Positions 9,069 to 17,631 of a stretch of 64,000 nucleotides of DNA are shown here, one piece after another. A model generated the notes under the pieces. It was not told the origin of the DNA, ran no database searches, and saw nothing but the letters and a program-made list of their open reading frames with translations. How positions within the stretch are numbered: position 1 is the stretch's first letter; every line of letters starts with the position of its first letter. The translations under genes were made by a program, and so were the position numbers. Source of the DNA: Candidatus Binatia bacterium (lineage in GTDB: Bacteria; Desulfobacterota; Binatia; HRBIN30); the NCBI GenBank assembly GCA_038245295.1, contig JBBRSP010000002.1, forward strand, positions 1-64,000, given 5' to 3'.

Positions 9069-10472
9069 ATGGCTGCTGCGCCCCCGCTCTACGAAGCGAC
9101 GCTCGAATCAATCTGCCGGCATCCGTTACCGGAGTGGTACCAAGACGCGAAACTAGGCATCTTCGTACACTGGGGCCTGTACTCGGTGCCGGGCTGGGCG
9201 GCGAGTCGCGAGGAGCCGTTTCGGCTCATCGCCGCCGGCGGCTTCGACAAGTATTTCCGCGAGAATCCCTACGCCGAGTGGTATCTCAACACGCTGAAGT
9301 TCGAAGATGGGCCGACACGCGCCTATCACAACCGCACGTACGGCGAGCACTTCGCGTATGAGGACTTCCAACCCCTCTTCGAGCGCGAGGCGCAGAAGTG
9401 GGTGGCGGACGATTGGGCGGCGTTGTTTCAGAAGGCAGGTGCGGGTTACGCGGTCCTGACGGCCAAACACACGGACGGCTATCTGATGTGGCCAAGCCAG
9501 GTCGGCAACCTACGGCGCCCGGGATACCAGTCGAAGCGTGATCTCGTTGGTGAGTTCGCCGCCGCCGTGCGAGCCCGCGGGATGAACGCCGGACTCTACT
9601 ATACGGGCGGTATGGACTGGCTGTTGAACCCAGAACGCCTCGACGCGCCGGAGAAGGTATATTCGACGATTCTTGCTGGTCCCGAGTACGTCCAATACGC
9701 CGACACGCACTGGCGTGAGCTGATCGAGCGGTATCATCCCTCGGTGCTGTGGGGCGACATTATGTATGTGCAGGGCGCCAACACGGTCGAGCTGTTTGCC
9801 GACTATTACAACCGTGTGCCCGACGGCGTAGTTAATGATCGCTTCGCGACGCAGTTCACAGCGCCGAGAATGCTGGGCTTGCAGCCGCCGGGTATTCACT
9901 ACGATTTCCTGACACCGGAGTACGCGAGCTTCGATGAGATCCAGACGGAGAAGTGGGAAACCTGTCGCGGTATCAGCAGCTCGTTCGGCTACAACCAGAC
10001 CGACGACGAAACCAGCTATCTGTCGGCGCCGACGGTCATCCGCCTGCTCATCGACATCGTGAGCAAGAACGGCAACCTCCTACTGAACGTTGGCCCGCGT
10101 GCCGACGGCAGCATTCACGAATTACAGCGCCAGTGTCTGCTTGGTCTTGGTGCCTGGATGGACATCAACGGCGAGAGCATCCGCGGTACGCGCCCGTGGA
10201 TCCGCGCCGAGTCGACGACGGCATGCGGCGTCCCGGTTCGCTTCACGTCTAAGAAAGGCGCGATTTACGCGTTGCTCCTGGACACACCGCGCCACGCCGA
10301 GGTGTGCATCCGGGATCTGCCGGCCGCTGTCGGCAGCGAAGTGTGGTTGCTCGGTCATGGCGAGAGCTTGAACTGGCGCCGGAGCGGCGACGATCTCGTG
10401 GTTCAACTGCCAGCGTTTCCAGCCGATCAGGCGGCCTACGTTCTCAAGATCGACTCACCGCCGATATTGTAG
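9069..10472 (+). CDS. Alpha-L-fucosidase (GH29)
   Basis: PEWYQDAKLGIFVHWGLYSVPG, YAEWY, LTAKHTDG, LWGD, KWETCRG, IVSKNGNLLLNVGP. Confidence 0.93.
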   Translation: MAAAPPLYEATLESICRHPLPEWYQDAKLGIFVHWGLYSVPGWAASREEPFRLIAAGGFDKYFRENPYAEWYLNTLKFEDGPTRAYHNRTYGEHFAYEDFQPLFEREAQKWVADDWAALFQKAGAGYAVLTAKHTDGYLMWPSQVGNLRRPGYQSKRDLVGEFAAAVRARGMNAGLYYTGGMDWLLNPERLDAPEKVYSTILAGPEYVQYADTHWRELIERYHPSVLWGDIMYVQGANTVELFADYYNRVPDGVVNDRFATQFTAPRMLGLQPPGIHYDFLTPEYASFDEIQTEKWETCRGISSSFGYNQTDDETSYLSAPTVIRLLIDIVSKNGNLLLNVGPRADGSIHELQRQCLLGLGAWMDINGESIRGTRPWIRAESTTACGVPVRFTSKKGAIYALLLDTPRHAEVCIRDLPAAVGSEVWLLGHGESLNWRRSGDDLVVQLPAFPADQAAYVLKIDSPPIL

Positions 10473-10840
10473 GGCGATTCGCGAACCATCCCGCCCACCG
10501 TGTTTGGCTTCGAGCCCGGAGTCGCCCTACCCGGCCCTGTGGATACCTCGCTGTTCAAGACGGCGCTGGTCACGGTCAGCGTGCCCATCAAGAAGTGAAA
10601 GGATCCACGCCCGCCGATGGTCTCTAATCGGAGCGCGCCACTGCGTGGCGCGCTCCGCGATGGGATCCGCCACCCGCCAACAGGTCAAACTGAGACACTA
10701 CCGCAACGATTGAACTGGCGAATTGACTTGAACTACAGGTTCTGCGCGAGGGTGCGAGACGCTGAATGCCATGGGGTTGGCGTCTTCGCACAACGACTTG
10801 GCCTTGTTCGTCGGTCGGGGGGGACTGTTCGTTGCACGAG

Positions 10841-13800
10841 GTGGAGCGCAAGATCTTCGAGGACCTCACTCTGCGGGATCACTACGTGGTGGTTTCGCGG
10901 ATCGGCGTGGGCTCCTTTGGCAGCGTCTTCGAGGCGGTCCAGAGCAGCACCGGGCAACGTGTTGCGATCAAAGTCTTACGCCTACCCGACGAGGAGAATG
11001 CAGCCGACCGGGCTCGCCACAGTGAGCGTTTTCGGCGCGAGACCCGGGTTTGCGCGCAGCTTCATCATCCGAATATCGTCCGCCTGATCGACTCGGGTGG
11101 AATCGGCGAGTTCCTGTATGCCGTCTTCGAATTTGTTCCCGGCAGCACCCTCGCTGACGTGCTCGCCCAGGAAGGTGGTCTCGATCCGACCGAGGCCGTG
11201 CATCTCATGGTTCAGGTGCTCGATGCCCTGAGCTGTTCGCATCGGCTGGGGATCGCGCATCGCGACCTCAAGCCGGCCAACATCATGATCACCAGCACCG
11301 GGGCGCGGCGTAATGCCATGGTCCTGGATTTTGGCCTCGGCATCTACGCGAATGAGGGTGGGCGCGGGCTCGACGGCCGCCTGACGCAGGAAGGCGAGTT
11401 CCTGGGCACACCCCTATACTGCGCGCCGGAGCAGTTGCGCGGCAACCCGCCAACCGTGCTGTCCGACCTCTACGCCTGGGGCCTGACGTTCCTCGAGTGC
11501 CTGACAGGCGCGCCGGCAATGGCTGCGAAGACTGCGGCGGAGATCGTTCACGGTCACCTCAGCCCACGGCCGGTGCCGCTGCCGGCGAAATTGGCGGCAC
11601 ACCCGCTCGGACGAGTGATGCGCACGGCGATTGCCAAACAACCGCCCGAGAGTCGTACCTCCGCCGATCAACTACTGCGCGAGCTGCAGGGCCTCGCGCC
11701 TGGTTCGCTGCCGACGCGCACCGAGATGCAGTCCCTACTGCGCGGTCTGGGGACCCTCGTGGCGTTTGGCGCGCCGGATGGCGACGGTCCGATGTGGAAG
11801 GTGCCGCTGCCACGCCACGTCAATTTCACCGGCCGCACACCGTTGCTCAAAACCCTGCACGACAAGCTATCGGTGGATCCGCCGCCGGGCGTCGTCGCCT
11901 TGCATGGCCTTGGCGGGATCGGCAAGACCCAGACCGCCCTCGAGTATGTCTACCGGCATGCCGCCGAGTACGACATGGTCGCGTGGCTGCGCTCCGAGGA
12001 CGCCGATGGTCTGGCCTGGGAGTATGCCTCGCTCGCCGATCTGCTTGGCCTCCCGGAGCGCAACACCCCGGATCGCTACCCGAAAGTCGAGGCCGTCAGG
12101 AGATGGCTCGAGCGCAATCGTCGCTGGCTCGTTGTGTTCGACAATGCGCCGACGCCGGAAGCGATCCGCAGCTATCTGCCACGCTCGCCGACGGGCCACG
12201 TCATTACCACCTCGCGTCATCCGGGTTGGCGCAGCCTCGGTGCAAGCCTGGCTGTCGATGTGCTCGAACCCAACGAAGCAGCCGAATTCCTGGCGGTACG
12301 CACCGGTGGTCAGGGAGCGCCCGAGGTGTTCGACCTGTGCGAGGAGCTCGGACGTTTGCCACTCGCGCTGGAAGAAGCGGCGGCTTACATCGAGGCAACC
12401 GGCCGCTCGGTGTCGACCTACCGCCGTCTGTTGGAAACCAACCGCCTGCGGCTCCTGGAAGAGGGCACGCCGCCGGCCGACTACCCATGGACCGTCCGCA
12501 GCACCTGGGAGATCTCGCTGCAGGGCCTCGAGGCCGAGGCGCCGACGGCCGCGCAACTGCTCTGTGTGTGCGCCTACCTTGGGCCCGACGATATTCCCCT
12601 CGGCGATTTGCGCCAGGCGATCAGCCGGCTCGGCGGCGGGCCGCTATCGCCGTTGCGCGACGACATTGAGTTTGACCGCTGCATGGTGGCACTGCGGCGC
12701 TACTCGTTGGTGAAACTGAATGACGGGTCGTTGTCGCTGCATCGCCTGGTGCAGCTGGTGACGCGCGATAGGCTCCCCGAGGAGCATCGCGCCCTGTGGG
12801 CCGAGATGGCGGTGCGGCTCGTCGAAGCAGTGTTCCCGAAGAGCGGCCTGGCCGGCGACGCACACCCACTGGCCGGTCGTCTACTGCCGCACAGTCTGGC
12901 AGCGCTCGGTCACGCACAGAACCTGTCGTCGTGCGACGAGGTGGCGGCGCGTTTGCTGACACGCACCGGCATCTACATGAGTGCCACCGGCGTTCACGCC
13001 CGGGCGCTCGAGCACTTGACGAAGGCTTTACAAATTTTCGAGCGTCATCCGGAGTTCGGTGACGCGGAGCGAGCTTCCCTCCTCACCAACGTCGCCGTAG
13101 TTTGCAACGCCCGCGGTGATTTGTACGAAGCGCGCGACCTGCTGCAGCGCGCGCTAGTGATTCATGAAGAGATCGAGGGGCCGAATGATCTCAATGTGGG
13201 CCTCGACCTAGTAACTCTGTGCTGGGTGCGGCATGTGCTCGGCGACCTCCAAGAAGCGCGTCTGGCGGCCGAGCGGGGCATCATCATTCTGCGCTCCAAG
13301 CTCGGCGGCGTGCACCCGATCCTTGCGACGTTGCGCGCCGTCCTGGCCCGCGTGCTCTGGGAGCTCGGTGACATCGCCGGCGCGACGCGCGTGGTAGTCG
13401 AGGTTCTCGAGATGCTCGACCGGGCCGACAGCCGTTTTCATCCCATGGCGTCGGGGGCTTGGTTTCACGCCGGCCGGTTATGCTTCGAAATGGGAGCGAT
13501 CGAGCGCGCCCAGGCATGTGCGGAGCAAGGCGCATCGGTGTCTCGACCTGCCTACGGCCCCGACCACCCACTGGTGCTTTCGAATCTGATCCTGTCCGGG
13601 CAAATCCTGCTGCAGCGTGACGATCTCGACGGTGCGGCGCGCATCTTCGAGCAGATCGTCGACGGCGGCCGCCGAACCTGCGCCCGCCCGCACGCCGATC
13701 TGGCGCCGGCCCACGCGCTGCTCGCCGAAACCCAGCGCCGTGCCGGCGATCTGGCGCTGGCGCGGCGGACGATCGCGCAGGCCCAGAAGACGGCCGACGA

Positions 13801-14248
13801 CGTGGCGGGTGATCGCACGTTTTGCCGGGCCTCCGTTCAGATGGTTCTGGGGAATATTCTCGCCGATCAGGGCGATGTGGTGGTTGCGTGCCGTGAGCAG
13901 GCCAAGGCGTGCAACCTGCTCGCAGGCCGACTCGGGGTCGGCCATCCGTCGTTGCTGCCGTTCCTCAACGCGCTGGCACGAACCCAACTGCGAGGCGGCG
14001 ACGACGACGAAGGCGGCTCGCTAGCCCAGCGGGTGCTGTCGATCGCGGCGACCGCCGAGTTGGAGGATCATGTCGAAGTTGCGGCTGCTCTCGAGACACT
14101 GGCCGAGCACTCGCGCCGCCACGGTGGCGCGGCGCAGGCTCGTGACCATTTGGTGCAGGCACAGAGGATCGTCCACTTCCGTCTGGGTGAGCAGAGCATC
14201 GCCGCGCGCCGCCTCGGCGATCAAATCCAAAGGGTGACCAATGCTTGA
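10841..14248 (+). CDS. Ser/Thr protein kinase fused to NB-ARC-type NTPase and TPR repeats (ORF open from 10766)
   Basis: GVGSFG, VAIK, HRDLKPAN, DFG, GTPLYCAPE; NFTGR, HGLGGIGKT, WLVVFDNA, LGRLPLAL, SLHRLVQ; GxxHP-type TPRs. Confidence 0.92.
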   Translation: MERKIFEDLTLRDHYVVVSRIGVGSFGSVFEAVQSSTGQRVAIKVLRLPDEENAADRARHSERFRRETRVCAQLHHPNIVRLIDSGGIGEFLYAVFEFVPGSTLADVLAQEGGLDPTEAVHLMVQVLDALSCSHRLGIAHRDLKPANIMITSTGARRNAMVLDFGLGIYANEGGRGLDGRLTQEGEFLGTPLYCAPEQLRGNPPTVLSDLYAWGLTFLECLTGAPAMAAKTAAEIVHGHLSPRPVPLPAKLAAHPLGRVMRTAIAKQPPESRTSADQLLRELQGLAPGSLPTRTEMQSLLRGLGTLVAFGAPDGDGPMWKVPLPRHVNFTGRTPLLKTLHDKLSVDPPPGVVALHGLGGIGKTQTALEYVYRHAAEYDMVAWLRSEDADGLAWEYASLADLLGLPERNTPDRYPKVEAVRRWLERNRRWLVVFDNAPTPEAIRSYLPRSPTGHVITTSRHPGWRSLGASLAVDVLEPNEAAEFLAVRTGGQGAPEVFDLCEELGRLPLALEEAAAYIEATGRSVSTYRRLLETNRLRLLEEGTPPADYPWTVRSTWEISLQGLEAEAPTAAQLLCVCAYLGPDDIPLGDLRQAISRLGGGPLSPLRDDIEFDRCMVALRRYSLVKLNDGSLSLHRLVQLVTRDRLPEEHRALWAEMAVRLVEAVFPKSGLAGDAHPLAGRLLPHSLAALGHAQNLSSCDEVAARLLTRTGIYMSATGVHARALEHLTKALQIFERHPEFGDAERASLLTNVAVVCNARGDLYEARDLLQRALVIHEEIEGPNDLNVGLDLVTLCWVRHVLGDLQEARLAAERGIIILRSKLGGVHPILATLRAVLARVLWELGDIAGATRVVVEVLEMLDRADSRFHPMASGAWFHAGRLCFEMGAIERAQACAEQGASVSRPAYGPDHPLVLSNLILSGQILLQRDDLDGAARIFEQIVDGGRRTCARPHADLAPAHALLAETQRRAGDLALARRTIAQAQKTADDVAGDRTFCRASVQMVLGNILADQGDVVVACREQAKACNLLAGRLGVGHPSLLPFLNALARTQLRGGDDDEGGSLAQRVLSIAATAELEDHVEVAAALETLAEHSRRHGGAAQARDHLVQAQRIVHFRLGEQSIAARRLGDQIQRVTNA

Positions 14249-14275
14249 GGCTACTCACGCCAGGGCTGAGTTGAG

Positions 14276-14593
14276 TTACTTCGCCTTGAGGCAGGTCTTC
14301 ATGAACTTCTGACGTTCCGCGCCGGTCAGGCTATTTGCCGCCGCATCGGCGTTGCAGGTCTTCATTTTCTGCTGTTGCGCCGTCAACGGCTTCGGGGTGG
14401 CAGCGGCGGCCTTGTCACCGGCGGAGAGGCACGTCTTCATGAACGCTTCGCGATCCGCTCCCTTCAATGCCTTTGTCTTGGCGTCGGCGTTGCACGTCTT
14501 CATCTTGTCTTGCTGTTTGGTTGTCGCCGTCGCCAAACCGGTCGTCAGCAGCAAACCCACGGCAACCACGGGAAGCATCATCCTGAGTTTCAT
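14276..14593 (-). CDS. psiF: PsiF-family secreted protein
   Basis: Signal peptide plus two QQxKMKTCNADA...LxGxxRxxFMKTCL repeats. Confidence 0.88.
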   Translation of the reverse strand: MKLRMMLPVVAVGLLLTTGLATATTKQQDKMKTCNADAKTKALKGADREAFMKTCLSAGDKAAAATPKPLTAQQQKMKTCNADAAANSLTGAERQKFMKTCLKAK

Positions 14594-14721
14594 CCTGTCC
14601 TCCTTCGGGGCGGCTAAAGTTGTGTCGCTTGTGTGCGACTCCCTTGTTGACCAACCGCCTTCGTTGTCAAGACGTCTGGTGTGGCCGGCAGTAGGTCCGT
14701 TTGATTCCCAAGGGTAGGCAA

Positions 14722-14979
14722 CGTCATCCCGGCGAACGAGACTGTCGTAAAACCAAAGTGGAGCAACGTCATCCCGGTGAAAACCGGGATCTCCTCGAGT
14801 GGAAGGCCAAGAATGATGGGGGGATACCGGCTTTCGCCGGTATGACGGAGGTGTTTGTGCAGTTTCAAACGATGAATCAGAGAAAACCGACAGTCTCTTT
14901 CGCCGGTATGACGGGGGTGTTTGCGTTGTTTCAAACTATGAATCAGAGAAAACCGACGGTCTCTTTCGCCGGAATGACG
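14722..14979. mobile_element. Nested MITE/REP cluster A (complete ~160-bp unit 14738-14897)
   Basis: TIRs GAGACTGTCG...CGACAGTCTC enclosing a CGTCATCCCGG-GAAA-CCGGGAT / ATACCGGC-TTTC-GCCGGTATGACG hairpin doublet; extra right end at 14954-14963. Confidence 0.8.
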
Positions 14980-14994
14980 GATCCATCGGTGTGG

Positions 14995-17631
14995 TCATTC
15001 GCCGCGCTGCAATCGTCGCAGCGCGATCTCCACCAGGAACAACACCATCGCTGCGGGCACCAGCCACCAGTCGAGCGGATAGTCGATGCGTTTGGTGCCG
15101 TTGCCGCGTGCCACGACGTTGCGTAACGGCTCGTCGACGGCGCCGCCGGTGCTGCTGGTGATTTGATTCAACAGGGCCAGGTTCGGCGCGCGCACCGCGT
15201 ACTCGGCGGCCATCGTCTGCGAGCCCCGTTCCGGAATAGTCACGAAGGTGGTCGTCTGGGCCGGCGTGCCGGCGTCGCCGCGTGTGATGACGATCAGCGG
15301 GAAGCGACCACCGTGCAGCGGCGGCAGGGGCGAGGAGAATGTCCGCAGCCCTGTTGCCGTGAGGGCGAGATCGATCGGATGGGCGGGATCAACCAGGAGA
15401 CGCGCCACCACCGGCGTGGCGGAGGTGTCACCGAATGTGCGCACCGTCAGCGATAATCCCGCCGCGTCTTCGTCGACCTCGATCGCCTGCTCCCACGGTG
15501 CCTGATCGCGCAGAGCCCAGTGAACGATCTGAGACCAGAACTTCCCGAACCCGTCCCAGCCGATCCATGTCTCGGCGTCGTCATCCAGGCTCGCCGTGAA
15601 AGCAACGACGCGTCCAAGCCCATACTGCCACGAAGCCAAAAGTGGATCCTTGCTGTCACCCGCCGTCAGCTGCAGCAACACCTCCGCCCCGTCTTTCGGA
15701 TGCGCCAGGGCGTAACCCTGTACGTCGGGAAAGGCGGTGGCGCGCAGGCCGCGCAGAGCTTGGCTCGCGGCGACCAGCCGCGGCGAGTAGCGCGCGTCTT
15801 CCCGTGGCGCTTGCGCCAGGGCGCGGCTGGTGTCCTTCAGTAACAGCTGCGGCAACATGGTGGCGTCGTCGATGTGATAGAACTGCCCGCCCGTCTTCTG
15901 CGCCAAGGCGCGCTGTAGCTCGACCCCTTCGGCTTCCGCACCAATACGAATGCTGGTTGCCGTGATGCCGGCGCCGGCCAGCTCGGCGATGACAACGTCG
16001 TGCTCGGCCGCGGCCCGGTTTGTCGCCCCGTCGGTCAGCAGAATGATATGCGCCAGACCGCTGCGTTGCGCGACGAGCTCGCGGCGCGCCATTTCCAGCG
16101 CTTCGAGGAAATCGGTGCCGCCGTCGGGATGCAGCAACGGGATGGTTTTCTCGAGCACGGCGCGGTTCTGTTTCAGCGGCCGCAGCGCCGCGATCTCGTA
16201 GGGCTGTACGTCGAAGGCGATCAGCCCGACGTTGTCGCTGTCCTTGAGCTGCTGCACCACCGCCAACGCGGCGCGTTTGGCGTAGGCAAGCTTCGATTCC
16301 GTCTCGCTGCGTTCGGCTTCGCGATGTACATGCCAACCCATGCTGTTGGAGCGATCGAGGAGCAACATGAGTGACAGCGGCGGACGCTCGGCCCGCGGCG
16401 GCTTGCGCGCCTCGAGAGTCACCGGTAGCAGCCTCTCCAAAGCCGTCTTTTTGAAGCCCGGGTCGCCGTAGGTGCGTGTTCCGCCAACCAGGATGAAGCC
16501 GCCGCCAAAGTCGCGGACGTAGCGCTCGATGGCCGCCAGGCGTGGCGCACCGATTGCCGCCGCGGCGACGTCGTCGAGGACGACGCAGTGATACGGTAGA
16601 AGGTCTTCGACGCGGCCTGGCGCACTGCCCGGAGCTACGACGACTACATCGAGATCTTTGCGCTGCAGGATGGTCGACAAGGCCGACCTCTGGTGGTCGG
16701 CGATGACCAGCACACGCGGCTTGGTGCCGACCATCAAGGTTGTCTCGCGGCTGTTGTTGGCTGCCACGACGTCGCCATCGACGAGGATCTCGGCACGGAT
16801 CCGATGACTGCCGGCGCCCTGCATGCGGTATGGGATTTCGATCGAATTGAGACCCGGCGCCAGGTCAACCGCTTCCTTGCCGATGCTCTTCGAATCGACG
16901 CTGAGAGTCACCGTACCGCGCGTCGATACTCCATAGTTCCGCACCACGACGCGCACCGGAAAGACCGTCTCTTCGGGGACCAGGACGGGCAACGCCAGCT
17001 TCTCCACCGCCGCATCGGGTCCGCCCTGATGCGGCGGTACCGCCGCGTAGATCTTGACCCCCGCGCTGGCGGCGCGCGCCGCTGCGGCGTCGACACGGCC
17101 ACGGGTATCGTTGCCGTCGGTCAGAAGGACGAGACGGCGCTCACTGTCGGGCGGGAAGAGCGCCAACGCAGTATCGAGGGCCGTGCCGATGTCGGTGCTC
17201 GCGCCGATGGGGTCGGCGCTCATATCGACGGCGATGGGCGCTGCCGGCGGCTGCAGGACTTGCGCCTCGCCGCTGAAGCCGACGATCGCCAGCTCGTCAT
17301 CCGGCGCCAGGGCCGCGGCCAGCTCATTCACGTAACGTTGCTGCCAACGCCGACCTTCCTCATCGATGCTGGCCGAATGATCGACCAGGGCGACGACGGC
17401 GAGCTGCTGGTGCGGCACATACGCACTCAATGCCGCGCCGGCAGCGGCGAGGACGATTAGAGTCCAGGCACTGGCACGCAACCAACGCAGGCGCGCGTCG
17501 ATGGTGGCGCGCTCACGCCACAGAAACAGCGGTAACGCGGCAAGTCCCAGCAGCAGGAGCGGCGCGCTGAAGGTCAGGCTCAGGGTATCGGGGTGAGCCA
17601 GGAGATAGGAGAGTCCGGGGCGCACGTTCAT
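14995..17631 (-). CDS. VWA-domain membrane protein with GATase1-like domain
   Basis: Two MIDAS motifs (VDHSAS, LDRSNSM), LLTDG motifs, GGGFILVGG, PLLASWQYGLGRVVAF; ATGA overlap with upstream stop sets start at 17631. Confidence 0.85.
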   Translation of the reverse strand: MNVRPGLSYLLAHPDTLSLTFSAPLLLLGLAALPLFLWRERATIDARLRWLRASAWTLIVLAAAGAALSAYVPHQQLAVVALVDHSASIDEEGRRWQQRYVNELAAALAPDDELAIVGFSGEAQVLQPPAAPIAVDMSADPIGASTDIGTALDTALALFPPDSERRLVLLTDGNDTRGRVDAAAARAASAGVKIYAAVPPHQGGPDAAVEKLALPVLVPEETVFPVRVVVRNYGVSTRGTVTLSVDSKSIGKEAVDLAPGLNSIEIPYRMQGAGSHRIRAEILVDGDVVAANNSRETTLMVGTKPRVLVIADHQRSALSTILQRKDLDVVVVAPGSAPGRVEDLLPYHCVVLDDVAAAAIGAPRLAAIERYVRDFGGGFILVGGTRTYGDPGFKKTALERLLPVTLEARKPPRAERPPLSLMLLLDRSNSMGWHVHREAERSETESKLAYAKRAALAVVQQLKDSDNVGLIAFDVQPYEIAALRPLKQNRAVLEKTIPLLHPDGGTDFLEALEMARRELVAQRSGLAHIILLTDGATNRAAAEHDVVIAELAGAGITATSIRIGAEAEGVELQRALAQKTGGQFYHIDDATMLPQLLLKDTSRALAQAPREDARYSPRLVAASQALRGLRATAFPDVQGYALAHPKDGAEVLLQLTAGDSKDPLLASWQYGLGRVVAFTASLDDDAETWIGWDGFGKFWSQIVHWALRDQAPWEQAIEVDEDAAGLSLTVRTFGDTSATPVVARLLVDPAHPIDLALTATGLRTFSSPLPPLHGGRFPLIVITRGDAGTPAQTTTFVTIPERGSQTMAAEYAVRAPNLALLNQITSSTGGAVDEPLRNVVARGNGTKRIDYPLDWWLVPAAMVLFLVEIALRRLQRGE

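Noticed and set aside
10716..10733. TGGCGAATTGACTTGA upstream of the kinase as a sigma54 promoter
   Set aside because: It lacks the GC at the GG-N10-GC position
14614..15126. ORFs such as MKQRKHPRHTGE... and MIPKGRQRHPGE... (also at 28151 and 35433-36156)
   Set aside because: They are translations of the palindromic MITE/REP DNA, not credible proteins
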